Shown: positions 1 through 10,561, numbered from the stretch's first letter. The stretch: DNA of 64,000 nucleotides from Vulcanimicrobiota bacterium (GCA_050250895.1 JBFWNU010000013.1:1-64000), one strand, 5' to 3'. Numbers and translations: made by a program. Notes: generated by a model from the letters alone, not told the origin.

Positions 1-188
1 GCTTTTCGCCGGATGGCAAGAGGATCGTGTTCTGGTCGACCCGCGAGGGTGGGGCTCAGTTGTATCTGATGCGGCCGGATGGGACCGATGTGCGGCCGGT
101 GATTCGCAAGGACGAGGCGGTGCCGACCACGGAGTGGGAGAAGAACCCTTGCTGGTTGCCGGTGGCGCGCCCGGTCCTGCAGAATTGA
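1..188 (+). CDS. TolB-like/PD40-repeat beta-propeller protein, C-terminal fragment (5' end outside window)
   Basis: Frame starting at base 3 reads FSPDGKRIVFWSTREGGAQLYLMRPDG..., stop TGA at 186-188; FSPDG-x-I-x-F-x-S-x-R-x-G is the PD40 motif. Confidence 0.75.
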   Translation, partial: FSPDGKRIVFWSTREGGAQLYLMRPDGTDVRPVIRKDEAVPTTEWEKNPCWLPVARPVLQN

Positions 189-246
189 GGAGAGCAAGGC
201 CCCGCCTCAGGTAGGAGATCCAGCCGGCCGGTGCGCATCCAGGCAG

Positions 247-687
247 ATGGAATATCTTCACACGATGGTGCGCATCCGCGACATCGACGAGTCGCTGGAC
301 TTCTACTGCAACAAGCTCGGCATGGTCGAAGTCCGCCGGTCCGAGAACGAGAAGGGGCGCTTCACGCTCATCTTTCTGGCTGCCGATGGCGACGCCGCGC
401 GGGCTAAAGAGAGCAAGTCACCGCTGCTCGAGCTGACCTTCAACTGGGATCCCGAAGAATACAAGGGGGGCCGCAATTTCGGCCATCTCGCCTTTCGGGT
501 CGACGACATCTATGCCACTTGCCAGCGGCTGGCCGATGGGGGCGTGACCATCAATCGTCCTCCCCGCGACGGCTATATGGCCTTCATCAAGTCCCCCGAC
601 GGCATCTCGATCGAGCTACTGCAAAAGGGCGAGCCGCTGCCCGAGCAAGAGCCGTGGAAGTCGATGGCCAGCACCGGCAGTTGGTAG
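247..687 (+). CDS. gloA: Lactoylglutathione lyase (glyoxalase I, VOC family)
   Basis: HTMVR, LELTFNW, GRNFGHLAF, PPRDG-x-MAF-x-KSPDGISIEL motifs; AGGAG upstream. Confidence 0.93.
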   Translation: MEYLHTMVRIRDIDESLDFYCNKLGMVEVRRSENEKGRFTLIFLAADGDAARAKESKSPLLELTFNWDPEEYKGGRNFGHLAFRVDDIYATCQRLADGGVTINRPPRDGYMAFIKSPDGISIELLQKGEPLPEQEPWKSMASTGSW

Positions 688-1053
688 TTAGGCCTCGGGG
701 TTGTTGGCCGTCTGATCGCGGTCGCCATAGCGGTGGCGGTCCGGCCAGCTTGCGAGTGAAGGCCAGATTGACGATATGCTCGGGCGCGTTGCCGCGGCTC
801 CAGGCGTTCCACTCCATGCCGCGCGGGTCGTCATGTTAGGATAGGTGCGGCGCAGGCCGGACCGAATCTGGCCATGGGTTCTCGGTAGTGGCCGAATGGC
901 GGCCGCCCTGACGCGCCGGCTCCCAGGTGCGTTTTCCACCAGTACCCAGCAGCTTTGGCAGGGAAATGCAAGGATCTGTTAACATTCGAGACCCCGTTCC
1001 AGCCGTTGGCCGCGACCCGCTTGCTAGAGTGAGACAAAGCCGACGGAAAGAGG

Positions 1054-1959
1054 ATGGCCATGGACCGCATCTCAGGTTTCTCACCAATGCCCCCGATGTT
1101 GGGCGGGTTTGCTCCCCAACAAAACCCCATGGCGGGAGTGCTCGAGGCCTTGCTGGCGGTGGTCATGCTGGCCCTGACGGGGGCCTTCCAGACGGGTCAG
1201 GGCCAGGGTTTGTTCTCGCCCGGTCAATCGCCCAACTTCGGCGGGATCAACCCGGCCGGCGGCTCGATGGGTGATGGTCTGACCAACTTCCTGGGTCAAT
1301 CTCCCCCGGCGGCCGCTCCGGCTGCGGCCACCAGCGGGCCGGCCCCGGGCGCCGGTCACATCGGCTCGGGCACCAAAGTGCTCGAGATCGGCGACTCGCA
1401 CTCGGTGGGCACTTTCGGACACGAACTCGACTCGAAGCTGCGCGGTACCGGGGCCCAGGTGGCCACCTATGCCAGTGCCGGGGCCACCGGCTCGACCTTT
1501 GCCCAGGGCAAGTCGACCAAATACGGCTATTGGGAAAAGCACGCTGACGGCTCCGAGCGCACCGTCAACTACGGACAGACCGCCCAGACCCCCCGGCTCG
1601 AGGAGCTCATTGCCAAGGAAAAGCCTAACGTGATTGTGGTCAATCTGGGGGCCAACTTCCGGGGCGGCGACCCGAAGTCGCAAGTCGACGAGATCGGGCA
1701 GATCGCCAAGCGCCATAACATTCCCGTCATCTGGGTAGGACCGCCCAAGACCCGCGATGACACCCAGAACGGCGCCTCCATCCAGGCCTTCGACCAGAAG
1801 ATGGCCGAGGCGGTGGCTCCTTACGGCAGCTATGTGGCCTCCAGCCCTTTCACTCCGCAATACTCGGGCTCGGACGGCATCCACTATGGCGGCTCGGCCG
1901 GCACTCAGGCGGCCAAAAACTGGGCCGACGGGGTCTTCCGCGCCATCATGGGCGTTTGA
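1054..1959 (+). CDS. SGNH/GDSL hydrolase-domain protein with low-complexity N-terminus
   Basis: GDS (IGDSHS), block III LGAN, DGIH catalytic motif; SD GAAAGAGG upstream. Confidence 0.75.
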   Translation: MAMDRISGFSPMPPMLGGFAPQQNPMAGVLEALLAVVMLALTGAFQTGQGQGLFSPGQSPNFGGINPAGGSMGDGLTNFLGQSPPAAAPAAATSGPAPGAGHIGSGTKVLEIGDSHSVGTFGHELDSKLRGTGAQVATYASAGATGSTFAQGKSTKYGYWEKHADGSERTVNYGQTAQTPRLEELIAKEKPNVIVVNLGANFRGGDPKSQVDEIGQIAKRHNIPVIWVGPPKTRDDTQNGASIQAFDQKMAEAVAPYGSYVASSPFTPQYSGSDGIHYGGSAGTQAAKNWADGVFRAIMGV

Positions 1960-2016
1960 CGAGCTTTTAAAACTCTCTCAAACATCCGTCGCAGCCGCCG
2001 GGTTAAGCTAGCGACG

Positions 2017-2496
2017 ATGATGATCAATCCCGCCATTACCGCCCGGGTAGCCGAACTCAAGGCTCGCGACACCGAAGTGCGCGAGCATGAGATGGCCCAC
2101 TTCCAGGCAGCCGGTGCCCTGGCCCTGTCAGGCCCCATGATCACCGATTATGTGGTCGGACCCGACGGCGAGATGTATGCCGACGGCGGCCACGTCATGA
2201 TCAACACGGCCGAGACCGGCGATCCCCGCGAGGATGTGCGGCGCGGCGAGATCATCACCATCGCGGCCGAAGCACCCCTCGGCGTCGGCAGCGAACTGAG
2301 TGGGGCCGACCTGGTGGTGGCCGACAAAGGCCGGGCTATGGTGACCAAGAGCCGCCACCTGCTCTCTAAGCTCGACCAGCTCAAGGCCACCCTGGGTGGC
2401 CAGGGCAGTCAAATTCCCCAGGGAAGGCTGGCCACCATGGCAGCCAGTCTGGGTCTCGATCTTCCGCCGGGGCGCATCCTCAGCCTGATCGCCTGA
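2017..2496 (+). CDS. SprA-related family putative metalloprotease
   Basis: LKARD-x-EVR-x-HEMAH and GPDG-x-MYA-x-GGHV motifs typical of the SprA-related family. Confidence 0.8.
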   Translation: MMINPAITARVAELKARDTEVREHEMAHFQAAGALALSGPMITDYVVGPDGEMYADGGHVMINTAETGDPREDVRRGEIITIAAEAPLGVGSELSGADLVVADKGRAMVTKSRHLLSKLDQLKATLGGQGSQIPQGRLATMAASLGLDLPPGRILSLIA

Positions 2497-2502
2497 GTTG
2501 CC

Positions 2503-5500
2503 TTGAGCGACCCTCTCGAGACTCTGCTGCACGAGTTGCGGCAGCAGGGCCAACACGACTCGGAAGGGGTCTTCACCCTCGACTCGGCCCGTGCCCGGCG
2601 CCAGTTGAGCCAGTTTCAACTGGCCGACCCCTACGCCTTCGGTGCCCACCTGGTGGCCAGCGCCGTGGCCAGCGGGGCCCGGCGCATCGATGTCCATCTG
2701 CGGTTGGGAGTGTTTCGTATCGAGAGCAACGGCCGCCAACTGGGCCAGCTCGAACTCGAGTCGCTGGCCGCCAGCCTGTTCGCCGACGCCCCTGCCCTGG
2801 TTCACCTCAAGGAACTGGGCATCGCTCTTTACGCTTGCGCCGGCCTGCATCCCGAATCGATGACCGTGTTGTCGACCGGACCCGAAGGAGGCTGCCAGCT
2901 TAGCTACACCTCGACCGGAGAGAGTCTGGTGGGGGTGGCGGCCGAGCACAACGAGCGCACGGTGGTCGAGATTCGCCAGCGGGGGGGCTGGAAGAAGCTG
3001 TTGCAACCGACCGGGGCCCGCCCCGAGATCTCTGCCATCGAGGACCTGTGCCGCTATTGCCCGGTTCCCCTGCGCATCAACGGCAACAGATTTCAGGCCA
3101 GGGTCAACCCGGGCCAGGTGACCGGCTGGCGCAAGCGGATCGGCACGCGCTATCCTCTTCCCACCGACGAGCCCCTGGCCGGGCTGCACTTCGAGCAGAC
3201 CTGGGAGGAAGAGTTCTCGGTCCTGCTGGTCTTTCCGGGCAAGTCCGAGAGCGCCGGCTTGACCTTCGTGATGAACGGGTTGCGGTATCCTTATGCGGCC
3301 TGGCCGGGCTGGGTGGCGGTGGGCTGGCTACCCCGCGATTTATCCGGCGGCGGCCTGGTCGATTCGCCCGCCCTCGCGCAGTTGCTAGCCCGGGTCGAGG
3401 TCGAGTGGTGGGCGCTGCTGCTGGACCTGGCCCGAGCCGAACTCAGTGAGTCTGACCGCGAACGGCTGCTAGCCGCCGTGGTGCGCGAGGCCTCGCAGCT
3501 TTTGTCGGCCACCGAGACGGTGGCCAGACAACTGGTATCGATGCCACTCTTGCCATGTTGGGACGGTTCGCTGGCCAGCCTCGAGCAGGTCGAGTTCGAG
3601 GACCGTCGGCAGGGATTCGTCTGGGTCAGCAGGCGAGCCACGCCCTGGACCCACCCTCCCCTCGGTGGCCAGCTGATCCTGCGCGACGCGCCCTTTCTCG
3701 GCGCTCGCTACAAGACCCGAGGAGGTGACCACCTGCTGCACGAGGCTGCCGAGAGCTATCGCAGGGGCGAGAAGTGGCGGCGCCAGCCGATCCGCGAGCT
3801 GAAGCTGCCCAGTCCCAACCTGGCTTTCGAGCTGGCCGATTGTCGGGCCCTGGCCTATCTCGACGAGCCCTCGATCGCGCGCGTGCGCTTTCTCAAAGAA
3901 GGTCGCCCGCTCGGCTGGCTCGAGAGCGAGGACCTGCCCCCCGACCTGTTGATCGAGGTCGAGAACGACCGCTTTCGGGCCCTTCCCGATTGGACCTCGG
4001 TCAGTCCCGATTGTCCCATCCTGCGCGAGTTCAGGCGCCAGCTGAAGGGCACTCTGGGCGACCTCTACGCCCAACTGGCCGAGCCCGAACAGCTGAGGGC
4101 CTTTCTGGTCTGGGCTCACCAGCACCAGGTGCCGGCGGGAGCGGCCGCCGCCAGACCCGTTTTCGAGACCGTGGACGGGGGACAGGCCAGCCTCGAGCAG
4201 TTGCGGGACTGGGGCAAACCGCTGCCGGTTGGGTCGCGGGTTTACCCCTCGCTTGATCCCCAGGACCCGAACGCCGTCGTCTATGACCCGGCTCTCGACC
4301 AGCTCTTCGAGGAGGTAGCCTGGATCGATCGCGAACTGGCCGAAAGGGACCGGTTTCGCGAGCAGCGCAACTGGTGGCTGGAGAAATATCGACCAGCCCA
4401 ACCCAGCTTGCCGGCCTCTGAATATGCCTGGACCGGCCAGCTCGACGAGGGGGGCCTGGTGGCCGCCCGTAGTCCCCGCGAGCCATCACGAGCCTTTTGC
4501 TGGCGCGAAGGGCGACCTCTGGGCGAGGTGCCTCTCGAGACTCACGAACTGCCCTGGGGTTTTGACGTGCTGCTGGTGGACGACGAATTTCCTCCCGACC
4601 GTTACTGGGCCCGGGTAGTCGACGGTCCCCGTCTGGACGCTGCCGTGGCCGCCGCCGCCCGGCGCGCTGAGGACTTCTATCGCCAGGCTCAGCCGACCGC
4701 CGAACAGGTGCTGGCCTATTTTCACTATCGCCGGGCCGCCAGGCTGGGCCCCTGCCCTGACCACCCGGTCTGGAGCCGGCCCATCCTCGAAGATCGGTCC
4801 ATGGAAGAGCTGATGCAGGCCGAGCGGGTCGACTATGACCCCGAGGTATACGGTCCCCATCTCGCTCTTCTCCGCGACTGGCTGGGGCCCGAGCGCCTGG
4901 TGCGTCGGACCAGCGATAGCCAGGAAGAAGCGGCCGTGGCCTGGCTGCACTCGGGCGAAGATCAACCCGAGCTTCCTCCTCGCAACTATCTGGTCAAGCG
5001 ACGGCTGGCTAGCGGAGAGTTGGGCTTGACCTGGCCGCATGAATTTGCCCGCCTGCGCCACTTTGACGGACAGCGTCTGGTCAAAGACCACAGCTGGCCT
5101 ACGGCTGTGCCCTTCGAGGCCTATTGGGTCGGCGAAGAACTGCCCGCCGAAGCAGAGTTCGAGGCCTGGGCCAAAGAGCTGGCCGCCAGCCTGCTGCAAG
5201 ACCCCAGCGGCGCCCGCCGCAGCTACCTGCTCGAACTGGTCCGCAAACGGCCCTTCGAGGGACTGGGCCGGGCCCCGTTGTTCGTGGATTGGACTGGCCA
5301 ACGGTATAGCTACAACCAGCTGGAGGGACGTGAAGCGGCCTATGTGGCAGCCGAGCAGGTCGACGAGGTGCGCGAACTGCTAGAACTACGCCCCGAGCCT
5401 CTGGTCCTGGTGCTCGACTACACCGCCCGCATTGCCCTCGAGGGCTGGGCCCAGCTCAAAGAGCTGGGCTCTCACCTGGAACAGATCGCGCGCCGGCGCC

Positions 5501-6342
5501 AACCGGCCGCTCCCGTCTCCCCGCGCGCCGGCTGGGTGCGACTGGCTTTCGATCACGGAGAATTGGCCCTGTCGGCTGCGCAAGAAGGTGTCCATTTGAT
5601 CCGCGGTCCCTGGTCCATGGGCTACTACGACCCCTATCCAGGCCTGGGGCTGACCGGCTGGTTCGAGGCCGACTTCAAGCCCAACCTCGAGTGGGATGCC
5701 CCGGCCGACTTGGCCCGAGTGAAAGAGCTGATGACCCCCTGGGTGGCCGGCTTGATGGATCGGGTGGTCGAGCGTTTTCCAACCCCGCCGGCGCCGGACT
5801 TCGGGCGCGCCCGCCAGGCCATCTTTGCCTGGGCCGAGCAGGCCGCCGAGCTGGTCACTCCGGCCATGAAGGCCCTGCCCATGGTCCCCTGGCGAGGAGG
5901 CGGCTGGGCCCGCCTGGATGACCTGCTGACCGGCGACTCCTTTGCCTTCGCCCCGCCGGGCGTCAAGGTCGATTCGCCGAGGGTGCTCGAGATCGCCTCG
6001 GCCTCTTTGCGAGAGACCTTGAGCCGGCTGGTCGACCTGGTCCCGGTCGAGCACCTGGGCGAGCCCCTGCTGGCCAGTCTGGCAGCGCGCCTGAGCAAGC
6101 TGGCCCCCGAGCGCTTCACCAGCCTGACGCTGGCCCACATCTCGGAGGCGGTGCTGGGCTTCGAGCGTCGACCCGGCGAATTGCTGCTCAATCAGAGCTT
6201 GCCCGCCGTTGACCGCCTGCGGCGCGACCCCCGCCACTGGCGGATGCTGGTTCCCTTTCTGCTCCAACTCATGGGTCGCTCCCACCGGGAGGCCCTCGAC
6301 CAGGCCCGCAGGTCATTCTCTATCGAAAGCGAAGACCTCTAG
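2503..6342 (+). CDS. Large hypothetical protein (1279 aa) with N-terminal degenerate GHKL/HSP90-like domain and internal repeats
   Basis: Long ORF; N-terminal SEGVFTLD..RARRQLSQFQLADP motif shared with three paralogues in this window; repeated EGRPLG...LP segments. Confidence 0.7.
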   Translation: MSDPLETLLHELRQQGQHDSEGVFTLDSARARRQLSQFQLADPYAFGAHLVASAVASGARRIDVHLRLGVFRIESNGRQLGQLELESLAASLFADAPALVHLKELGIALYACAGLHPESMTVLSTGPEGGCQLSYTSTGESLVGVAAEHNERTVVEIRQRGGWKKLLQPTGARPEISAIEDLCRYCPVPLRINGNRFQARVNPGQVTGWRKRIGTRYPLPTDEPLAGLHFEQTWEEEFSVLLVFPGKSESAGLTFVMNGLRYPYAAWPGWVAVGWLPRDLSGGGLVDSPALAQLLARVEVEWWALLLDLARAELSESDRERLLAAVVREASQLLSATETVARQLVSMPLLPCWDGSLASLEQVEFEDRRQGFVWVSRRATPWTHPPLGGQLILRDAPFLGARYKTRGGDHLLHEAAESYRRGEKWRRQPIRELKLPSPNLAFELADCRALAYLDEPSIARVRFLKEGRPLGWLESEDLPPDLLIEVENDRFRALPDWTSVSPDCPILREFRRQLKGTLGDLYAQLAEPEQLRAFLVWAHQHQVPAGAAAARPVFETVDGGQASLEQLRDWGKPLPVGSRVYPSLDPQDPNAVVYDPALDQLFEEVAWIDRELAERDRFREQRNWWLEKYRPAQPSLPASEYAWTGQLDEGGLVAARSPREPSRAFCWREGRPLGEVPLETHELPWGFDVLLVDDEFPPDRYWARVVDGPRLDAAVAAAARRAEDFYRQAQPTAEQVLAYFHYRRAARLGPCPDHPVWSRPILEDRSMEELMQAERVDYDPEVYGPHLALLRDWLGPERLVRRTSDSQEEAAVAWLHSGEDQPELPPRNYLVKRRLASGELGLTWPHEFARLRHFDGQRLVKDHSWPTAVPFEAYWVGEELPAEAEFEAWAKELAASLLQDPSGARRSYLLELVRKRPFEGLGRAPLFVDWTGQRYSYNQLEGREAAYVAAEQVDEVRELLELRPEPLVLVLDYTARIALEGWAQLKELGSHLEQIARRRQPAAPVSPRAGWVRLAFDHGELALSAAQEGVHLIRGPWSMGYYDPYPGLGLTGWFEADFKPNLEWDAPADLARVKELMTPWVAGLMDRVVERFPTPPAPDFGRARQAIFAWAEQAAELVTPAMKALPMVPWRGGGWARLDDLLTGDSFAFAPPGVKVDSPRVLEIASASLRETLSRLVDLVPVEHLGEPLLASLAARLSKLAPERFTSLTLAHISEAVLGFERRPGELLLNQSLPAVDRLRRDPRHWRMLVPFLLQLMGRSHREALDQARRSFSIESEDL

Positions 6343-6363
6343 GCAATTGTCTTTTAGGAAAAT

Positions 6364-6966
6364 TTGTTGACCGAATCAGAACTCAAAGAGAAACTCACCG
6401 AGGCGGTCGCGTCGGTCGAGGGCCGCAGCCGGGTCGAAGTGGTGGTGGCCCTGGCCGGCGCCTCCGACAGTTATCCCGAAGTGAGTCTGGCCGCGGCCCT
6501 TCTGGCCGGCGCCGTGATGCTGTTCGCGGTGGTGTTTAGCCCCGTGGTCGTCCCCGAAGGCTGGGTGGTGGTGCTGGTGGTCCTGGCCCAGCTGGCCGTG
6601 GCCGGTCTGTTGCGTCTGCCTCTTCTCAAGCGGGCCCTGCTGGCGCCAGCCCGGGCCCGCTTGCAAGTGACGCGGGCAGCGGCCGAGGTGTTCTATGACC
6701 GAGGTCTGAGCCAAACCCGCGACCGCAGCGCGCTGTTGGTCTATGTTTCGCTCCTCGAGCGAGAGGTGCGCTGGCTGCCCGATGTGGGTGTGCTGGCCGG
6801 ACTGGGGCGCGGCCCCTTCAACCAGTGGGAGCATCGCCTGGCGGGTCTTTCGCCCGGCCCCGATCTACTCGAGTGCCTGGCCGAGTTGCAAGAACTCTGC
6901 GAGAAGGCTCTACCCCGTCGAGAGGATGACGAAGATGAAATCGTCGAGAGCATTCTGGAGCTTTAG
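6364..6966 (+). CDS. TPM-domain (DUF477-like) membrane protein
   Basis: AV-x-x-VEG-x-S-x-x-EVVV, two TM helices, F-x-x-RGL-x-x-TRDRSALLVYVSLLER motif. Confidence 0.8.
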   Translation: MLTESELKEKLTEAVASVEGRSRVEVVVALAGASDSYPEVSLAAALLAGAVMLFAVVFSPVVVPEGWVVVLVVLAQLAVAGLLRLPLLKRALLAPARARLQVTRAAAEVFYDRGLSQTRDRSALLVYVSLLEREVRWLPDVGVLAGLGRGPFNQWEHRLAGLSPGPDLLECLAELQELCEKALPRREDDEDEIVESILEL

Positions 6967-8476
6967 CCTGATTCTGGTGGGTGCGCTGGCCCTGTGGCTG
7001 TTAGCCACTCAGGACAGCGCGGCCCGGGTGGGGGGCGGAGGCAGCTACAGTTCCGGCTCGAGCCGCAGCTACAGCTCCGGCTCCAGTCGCAGCTACAGCT
7101 CTGGCAACTATTCGAGTTCGGGTCATTCGAGCGGCGGTGGGGGCGGACTGAGCTTTTCCACCATCCTGATCATCGTGCTGGTCCTGATCGTCCTGCGCTC
7201 GAAGGGTGAGGGAGACGAAAGGGCCGGCTTGCTCTATATGCTGGGGAGGCTCGTCGTGGCCGGAGGCGGTGCAGCCCCGATGGTGCCGACGGGTTCTTCA
7301 GGTGGCCCCAGAATGGGCCGAATCAACTGGCGCCTGCTCGACCCCAACTTCTCACGACCGGTCTTCCTCGACTTCTTCTCCAAGCTATACACCGAAGTCC
7401 ACAAAGCTCGCGCCGGCAATCTGGACCGCTGGGCCGCTTACCTTTCTTCGCAGGTGGCCGCCGACTTGCGCCAACAGGCCCAGCAAGCCGGATTGAGCGC
7501 GGTCGGCGACGTGATCATCGGAGCCCTCCATTGGCGACGCCTGACCAAGCAGGGCGCCTTTCTTCATGCCACTATCGAAGTCGAGTCCAACGTGGTCGAG
7601 ACTCGCCGCGGCCAAACGCAGTCCTTCTATCGGGTCGAGAGCTGGCATCTGCGCCGCCGCGAAGGCGTCTTGTCGAAGCCCCCCGAGAAGGTGCAAAAGC
7701 TGGGCTGTCCCAACTGCGGCAATCCCGGCGAGCTGACCGCGCAGGGCAAGTGCCCCTACTGCGATCAGCTGGTGGCCCGCTCCGGCGGCCAGTTCGACTG
7801 GATGGTGGTCAGCATCGCTACCATGCGGCAAGAAGCGGTGGCCCCGCCGGTGGGTTCGGGCGGAGTAGAAGAGGGCACTCGCCTGCCGACCCGCTTCCAT
7901 CCCCAGCTGGCAGCCCGCCGAGAGGCCTTCATGACTCGCTACCCGCAGTTCGATTGGCCAGCCTTCCTGGTCCGGGCCGAACACATCTTTCGGGCCCTGC
8001 AGGCGGCCTGGAGCGAGCAGAAGTGGGAAAAAGCCCGTCCTTACGAGACCGACAACTTGTTCGGGCAACACTGCTACTGGATGGAAGCCTATCGCAGCCA
8101 GGGTCTGGCCAACCGCATCGAGCAGGTCAAAGTCGCGAAGATGGAGCTGGTGGACATCGCCAGCGACGCCTTCTATGACAGTCTAACCTTGCGCATCTTT
8201 GCCTCGATGGTCGACTATACCGAAGAACTCCAGAGCGGGCGCCTGGTGTCGGGCAACAAGGCCAGAGCCCACAGCTTTTCGGAATACTGGACCTTCATCC
8301 GGCGTATCGGCTCGCAGGGCGGTGGCGAAGCGGCCGCGTGCCCGAGTTGCGGGGCTCCGCTGGCCATCAATCAAGCGGGCACCTGCGAACATTGCGGCGC
8401 CCACCTGACCAGCGGCGAGTTCGACTGGGTGCTGTCGCAGATCGAACAGGACGAGTCGTATCAAACTACTATTTAG
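6926..8476 (+). CDS. Tim44-like domain protein with two zinc ribbons and signal peptide/Gly-Ser linker
   Basis: Start reassigned to ATG 6926 or 6935; ARVGGGGSYSS linker, two Tim44-like modules (E-x-W-x-F-x-R), CPNCG..CPYC and CPSCG..CEHC. Confidence 0.8.
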   Translation: MTKMKSSRAFWSFSLILVGALALWLLATQDSAARVGGGGSYSSGSSRSYSSGSSRSYSSGNYSSSGHSSGGGGGLSFSTILIIVLVLIVLRSKGEGDERAGLLYMLGRLVVAGGGAAPMVPTGSSGGPRMGRINWRLLDPNFSRPVFLDFFSKLYTEVHKARAGNLDRWAAYLSSQVAADLRQQAQQAGLSAVGDVIIGALHWRRLTKQGAFLHATIEVESNVVETRRGQTQSFYRVESWHLRRREGVLSKPPEKVQKLGCPNCGNPGELTAQGKCPYCDQLVARSGGQFDWMVVSIATMRQEAVAPPVGSGGVEEGTRLPTRFHPQLAARREAFMTRYPQFDWPAFLVRAEHIFRALQAAWSEQKWEKARPYETDNLFGQHCYWMEAYRSQGLANRIEQVKVAKMELVDIASDAFYDSLTLRIFASMVDYTEELQSGRLVSGNKARAHSFSEYWTFIRRIGSQGGGEAAACPSCGAPLAINQAGTCEHCGAHLTSGEFDWVLSQIEQDESYQTTI

Positions 8477-8580
8477 GCAGGCCCGCCCAGAGAAGCCCGT
8501 CAGCTCGACAGTTGCAGTCGGCCCTCTCGGACCTGCTGACGGTGGAAAGGTAGCCTCGACGCCCCGTCGAACCGCCTCCG

Positions 8581-9567
8581 ATGAAAATTCTGGCTCTGTG
8601 GCTGATGTTGACCCTGACCGCGCTAGCCGCTCCCGGCTTCTTGGGCCTCGGGGTCGAAGAGCAAGAGGCCAGTCTGCTGATCACCCGCGTCTTTCCTGAC
8701 TCGCCGGCCGAAAAGGCTGGCATCGAGGTTGGCGATCGGCTGCAGGCCTGGAACGGCGAGGCCCTCACGACGGTGGATGATTTCTCGGCTCGGGCCAGCC
8801 AGCTCGAGGTGGGCACGCCTTTGCGCCTGACCGTCGTCCACGCCGGAAGCCCGGTCGACCACGAGCTAAAAGCAGCCGAGGTCCCAGCCCTGCCCGAGTT
8901 GACCCAACGCGCCGAAACGCTGATAGCTCACTCCAACTACAAAGACGCCGCCGCCTATTTTGATTACGCCCTAAGCCGCTATCAAAACGACCTCGACGAG
9001 GCCGGTCTGGCTCAGCTGCTCGACCGCTTCGGCTATGCCTTGCTGGGAGCCGACATCCCTTTCTGGGCCGCGTATCGTTTCAGCCAGGCTATTGCTTTGG
9101 ACTCTGAAAATCCCAAACCTCGCTACGGCCGCGCCATCGCCTTCTACTCGATCGGCGACTTCGCCCGGGGCGAATTCGACTGGAAAGAGGTCGGCAACCG
9201 CATTCTCTACACCTGGCCCGGCCGGCCTGAACTCCATCCCGACTACTTGCGCCCGCGCGCGGCCCTCTCGAGCCGCCTGCAAGAGAAGCTGGCTCCCCTA
9301 CAAGAGCGCTGGCTCGACGAACGAGGCGCCGGAGTGTGGGCGGTGATGCGCTATCACATCGACGCCCAGGGCCAGCTCGGCGGAGTCGAGACCCTGTATC
9401 GCTCGGCCCCCGAGGTCGACACGACCGGCTTGCTCGAGGGTCTGTTCATCGAGCCCGCCGAGGGAGTCTCGGGCGTCGAAGTCACCGAGCTCTTCGGCCG
9501 TCCGGTCGAAGGTCAGCCCATCCCGTTCGACCAGGGTCTGCTCAAACGCCGGGCCATGAAGTTCTAG
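8581..9567 (+). CDS. Secreted PDZ + TPR protein
   Basis: Signal peptide, GFLGL...V-x-PDSPAEKAGI-x-x-GD PDZ motif, TPR-like helices. Confidence 0.75.
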   Translation: MKILALWLMLTLTALAAPGFLGLGVEEQEASLLITRVFPDSPAEKAGIEVGDRLQAWNGEALTTVDDFSARASQLEVGTPLRLTVVHAGSPVDHELKAAEVPALPELTQRAETLIAHSNYKDAAAYFDYALSRYQNDLDEAGLAQLLDRFGYALLGADIPFWAAYRFSQAIALDSENPKPRYGRAIAFYSIGDFARGEFDWKEVGNRILYTWPGRPELHPDYLRPRAALSSRLQEKLAPLQERWLDERGAGVWAVMRYHIDAQGQLGGVETLYRSAPEVDTTGLLEGLFIEPAEGVSGVEVTELFGRPVEGQPIPFDQGLLKRRAMKF

Positions 9568-10157
9568 TTTCTCGGCCGGGCGGCAAATTGCATCTCTACG
9601 GTTTCGGCCCGCTCACTGCCGTAACGCTGGTGAGTGCCGACCGCCCGCATGGTGGCGATCTGGCCGGTGTAGCCCACCTCGAAATCGGTAATCTCGCCGG
9701 CCAATCGGCGTCCGCTGTTGGCATAGAAACTCAGTGGCTGAGGACCGCTGCCAAGGTCGACATCGGTGAGAAACTCTCCCTGAGGGATGTTGGCGTGAGG
9801 CAGCTCGCGAGTGTACACCTCTTGACGGACCGAGTCCCACCAGAACAGCACATAGCGTTGCCAGAGAAGGTCTCCGTTGGCATCGCGATGCAGGTTGCCG
9901 GCCGCGTCCGTGGCCACCACCGCCGCCAGGATACGCCTGTCAGGGCTGACCTGCACCGTCTGCAAGTCAGCCTGTTCCAGGCAGGCAACGAAGCGGGCTC
10001 CGATACGCTGGAGAGAGCCGGTCAGGTCCGCCTGAGCGTCGGTCTTGTGCCAGGCTGAGGCTCCGGTGCGAAAGATGGCAAAGAGCATGGCCAGCAACAG
10101 GCCCGTGATCAGGGCTCCTACCAGCAGTTCGCCCAGAGTGAAGCCGCGTCGGTTCAC
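9564..10157 (-). CDS. Prepilin-type (PilW-like) minor pilin
   Basis: RRG|FTLGELLV class III signal with E5. Confidence 0.85.
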   Translation of the reverse strand: MNRRGFTLGELLVGALITGLLLAMLFAIFRTGASAWHKTDAQADLTGSLQRIGARFVACLEQADLQTVQVSPDRRILAAVVATDAAGNLHRDANGDLLWQRYVLFWWDSVRQEVYTRELPHANIPQGEFLTDVDLGSGPQPLSFYANSGRRLAGEITDFEVGYTGQIATMRAVGTHQRYGSERAETVEMQFAARPRN

Positions 10158-10561
10158 GGGGTGAGGTAACCTTGCAGCCGGACCTGGTGGTCGCTGTAGC
10201 GAGCCACCACCTCCACTGCCAACAGTTCGCCCGGAGGCGGACCAGGTTCGACCCTGACCTCGAAGACATACTCCTGTCCCCCCATGCTGACCCGAGGATA
10301 GGGCGCAGGGGGAAAGCCGTTGACAGCCGCGTCGGGCAGGCTGCCGCGAAAGACCGTGACCGTCTGTGGCAAGACGCTATAGTCCAGACTGCGGGCTCGC
10401 TCGAGGATCTCGCCGGCCAGATGGGTGGCGGCTACGGCCTCGCGATTCTGGCTGGTCAGACGAAGGCTGGCCACGAAGACTCCGATCAGGGCCAACAGCG
10501 CCAGGGCTGCCAGAGCCACGGCCATGGCCACTTCGAGCAGCGAGAACCCCCGGGGTCTCAG
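10154..10561 (-). CDS. Prepilin-type (PilV-like) minor pilin; probable CTG start
   Basis: Reading upstream of the tracked GTG gives LRPRG|FSLLEVAMAV; the CTG at 10561 overlaps the upstream TGA. Confidence 0.75.
   Translation of the reverse strand: MRPRGFSLLEVAMAVALAALALLALIGVFVASLRLTSQNREAVAATHLAGEILERARSLDYSVLPQTVTVFRGSLPDAAVNGFPPAPYPRVSMGGQEYVFEVRVEPGPPPGELLAVEVVARYSDHQVRLQGYLTP

Noticed and set aside
688-1020. Possible small gene or ncRNA after gloA
   Set aside because: Short ORFs lack motifs or start signals and no convincing structure was seen
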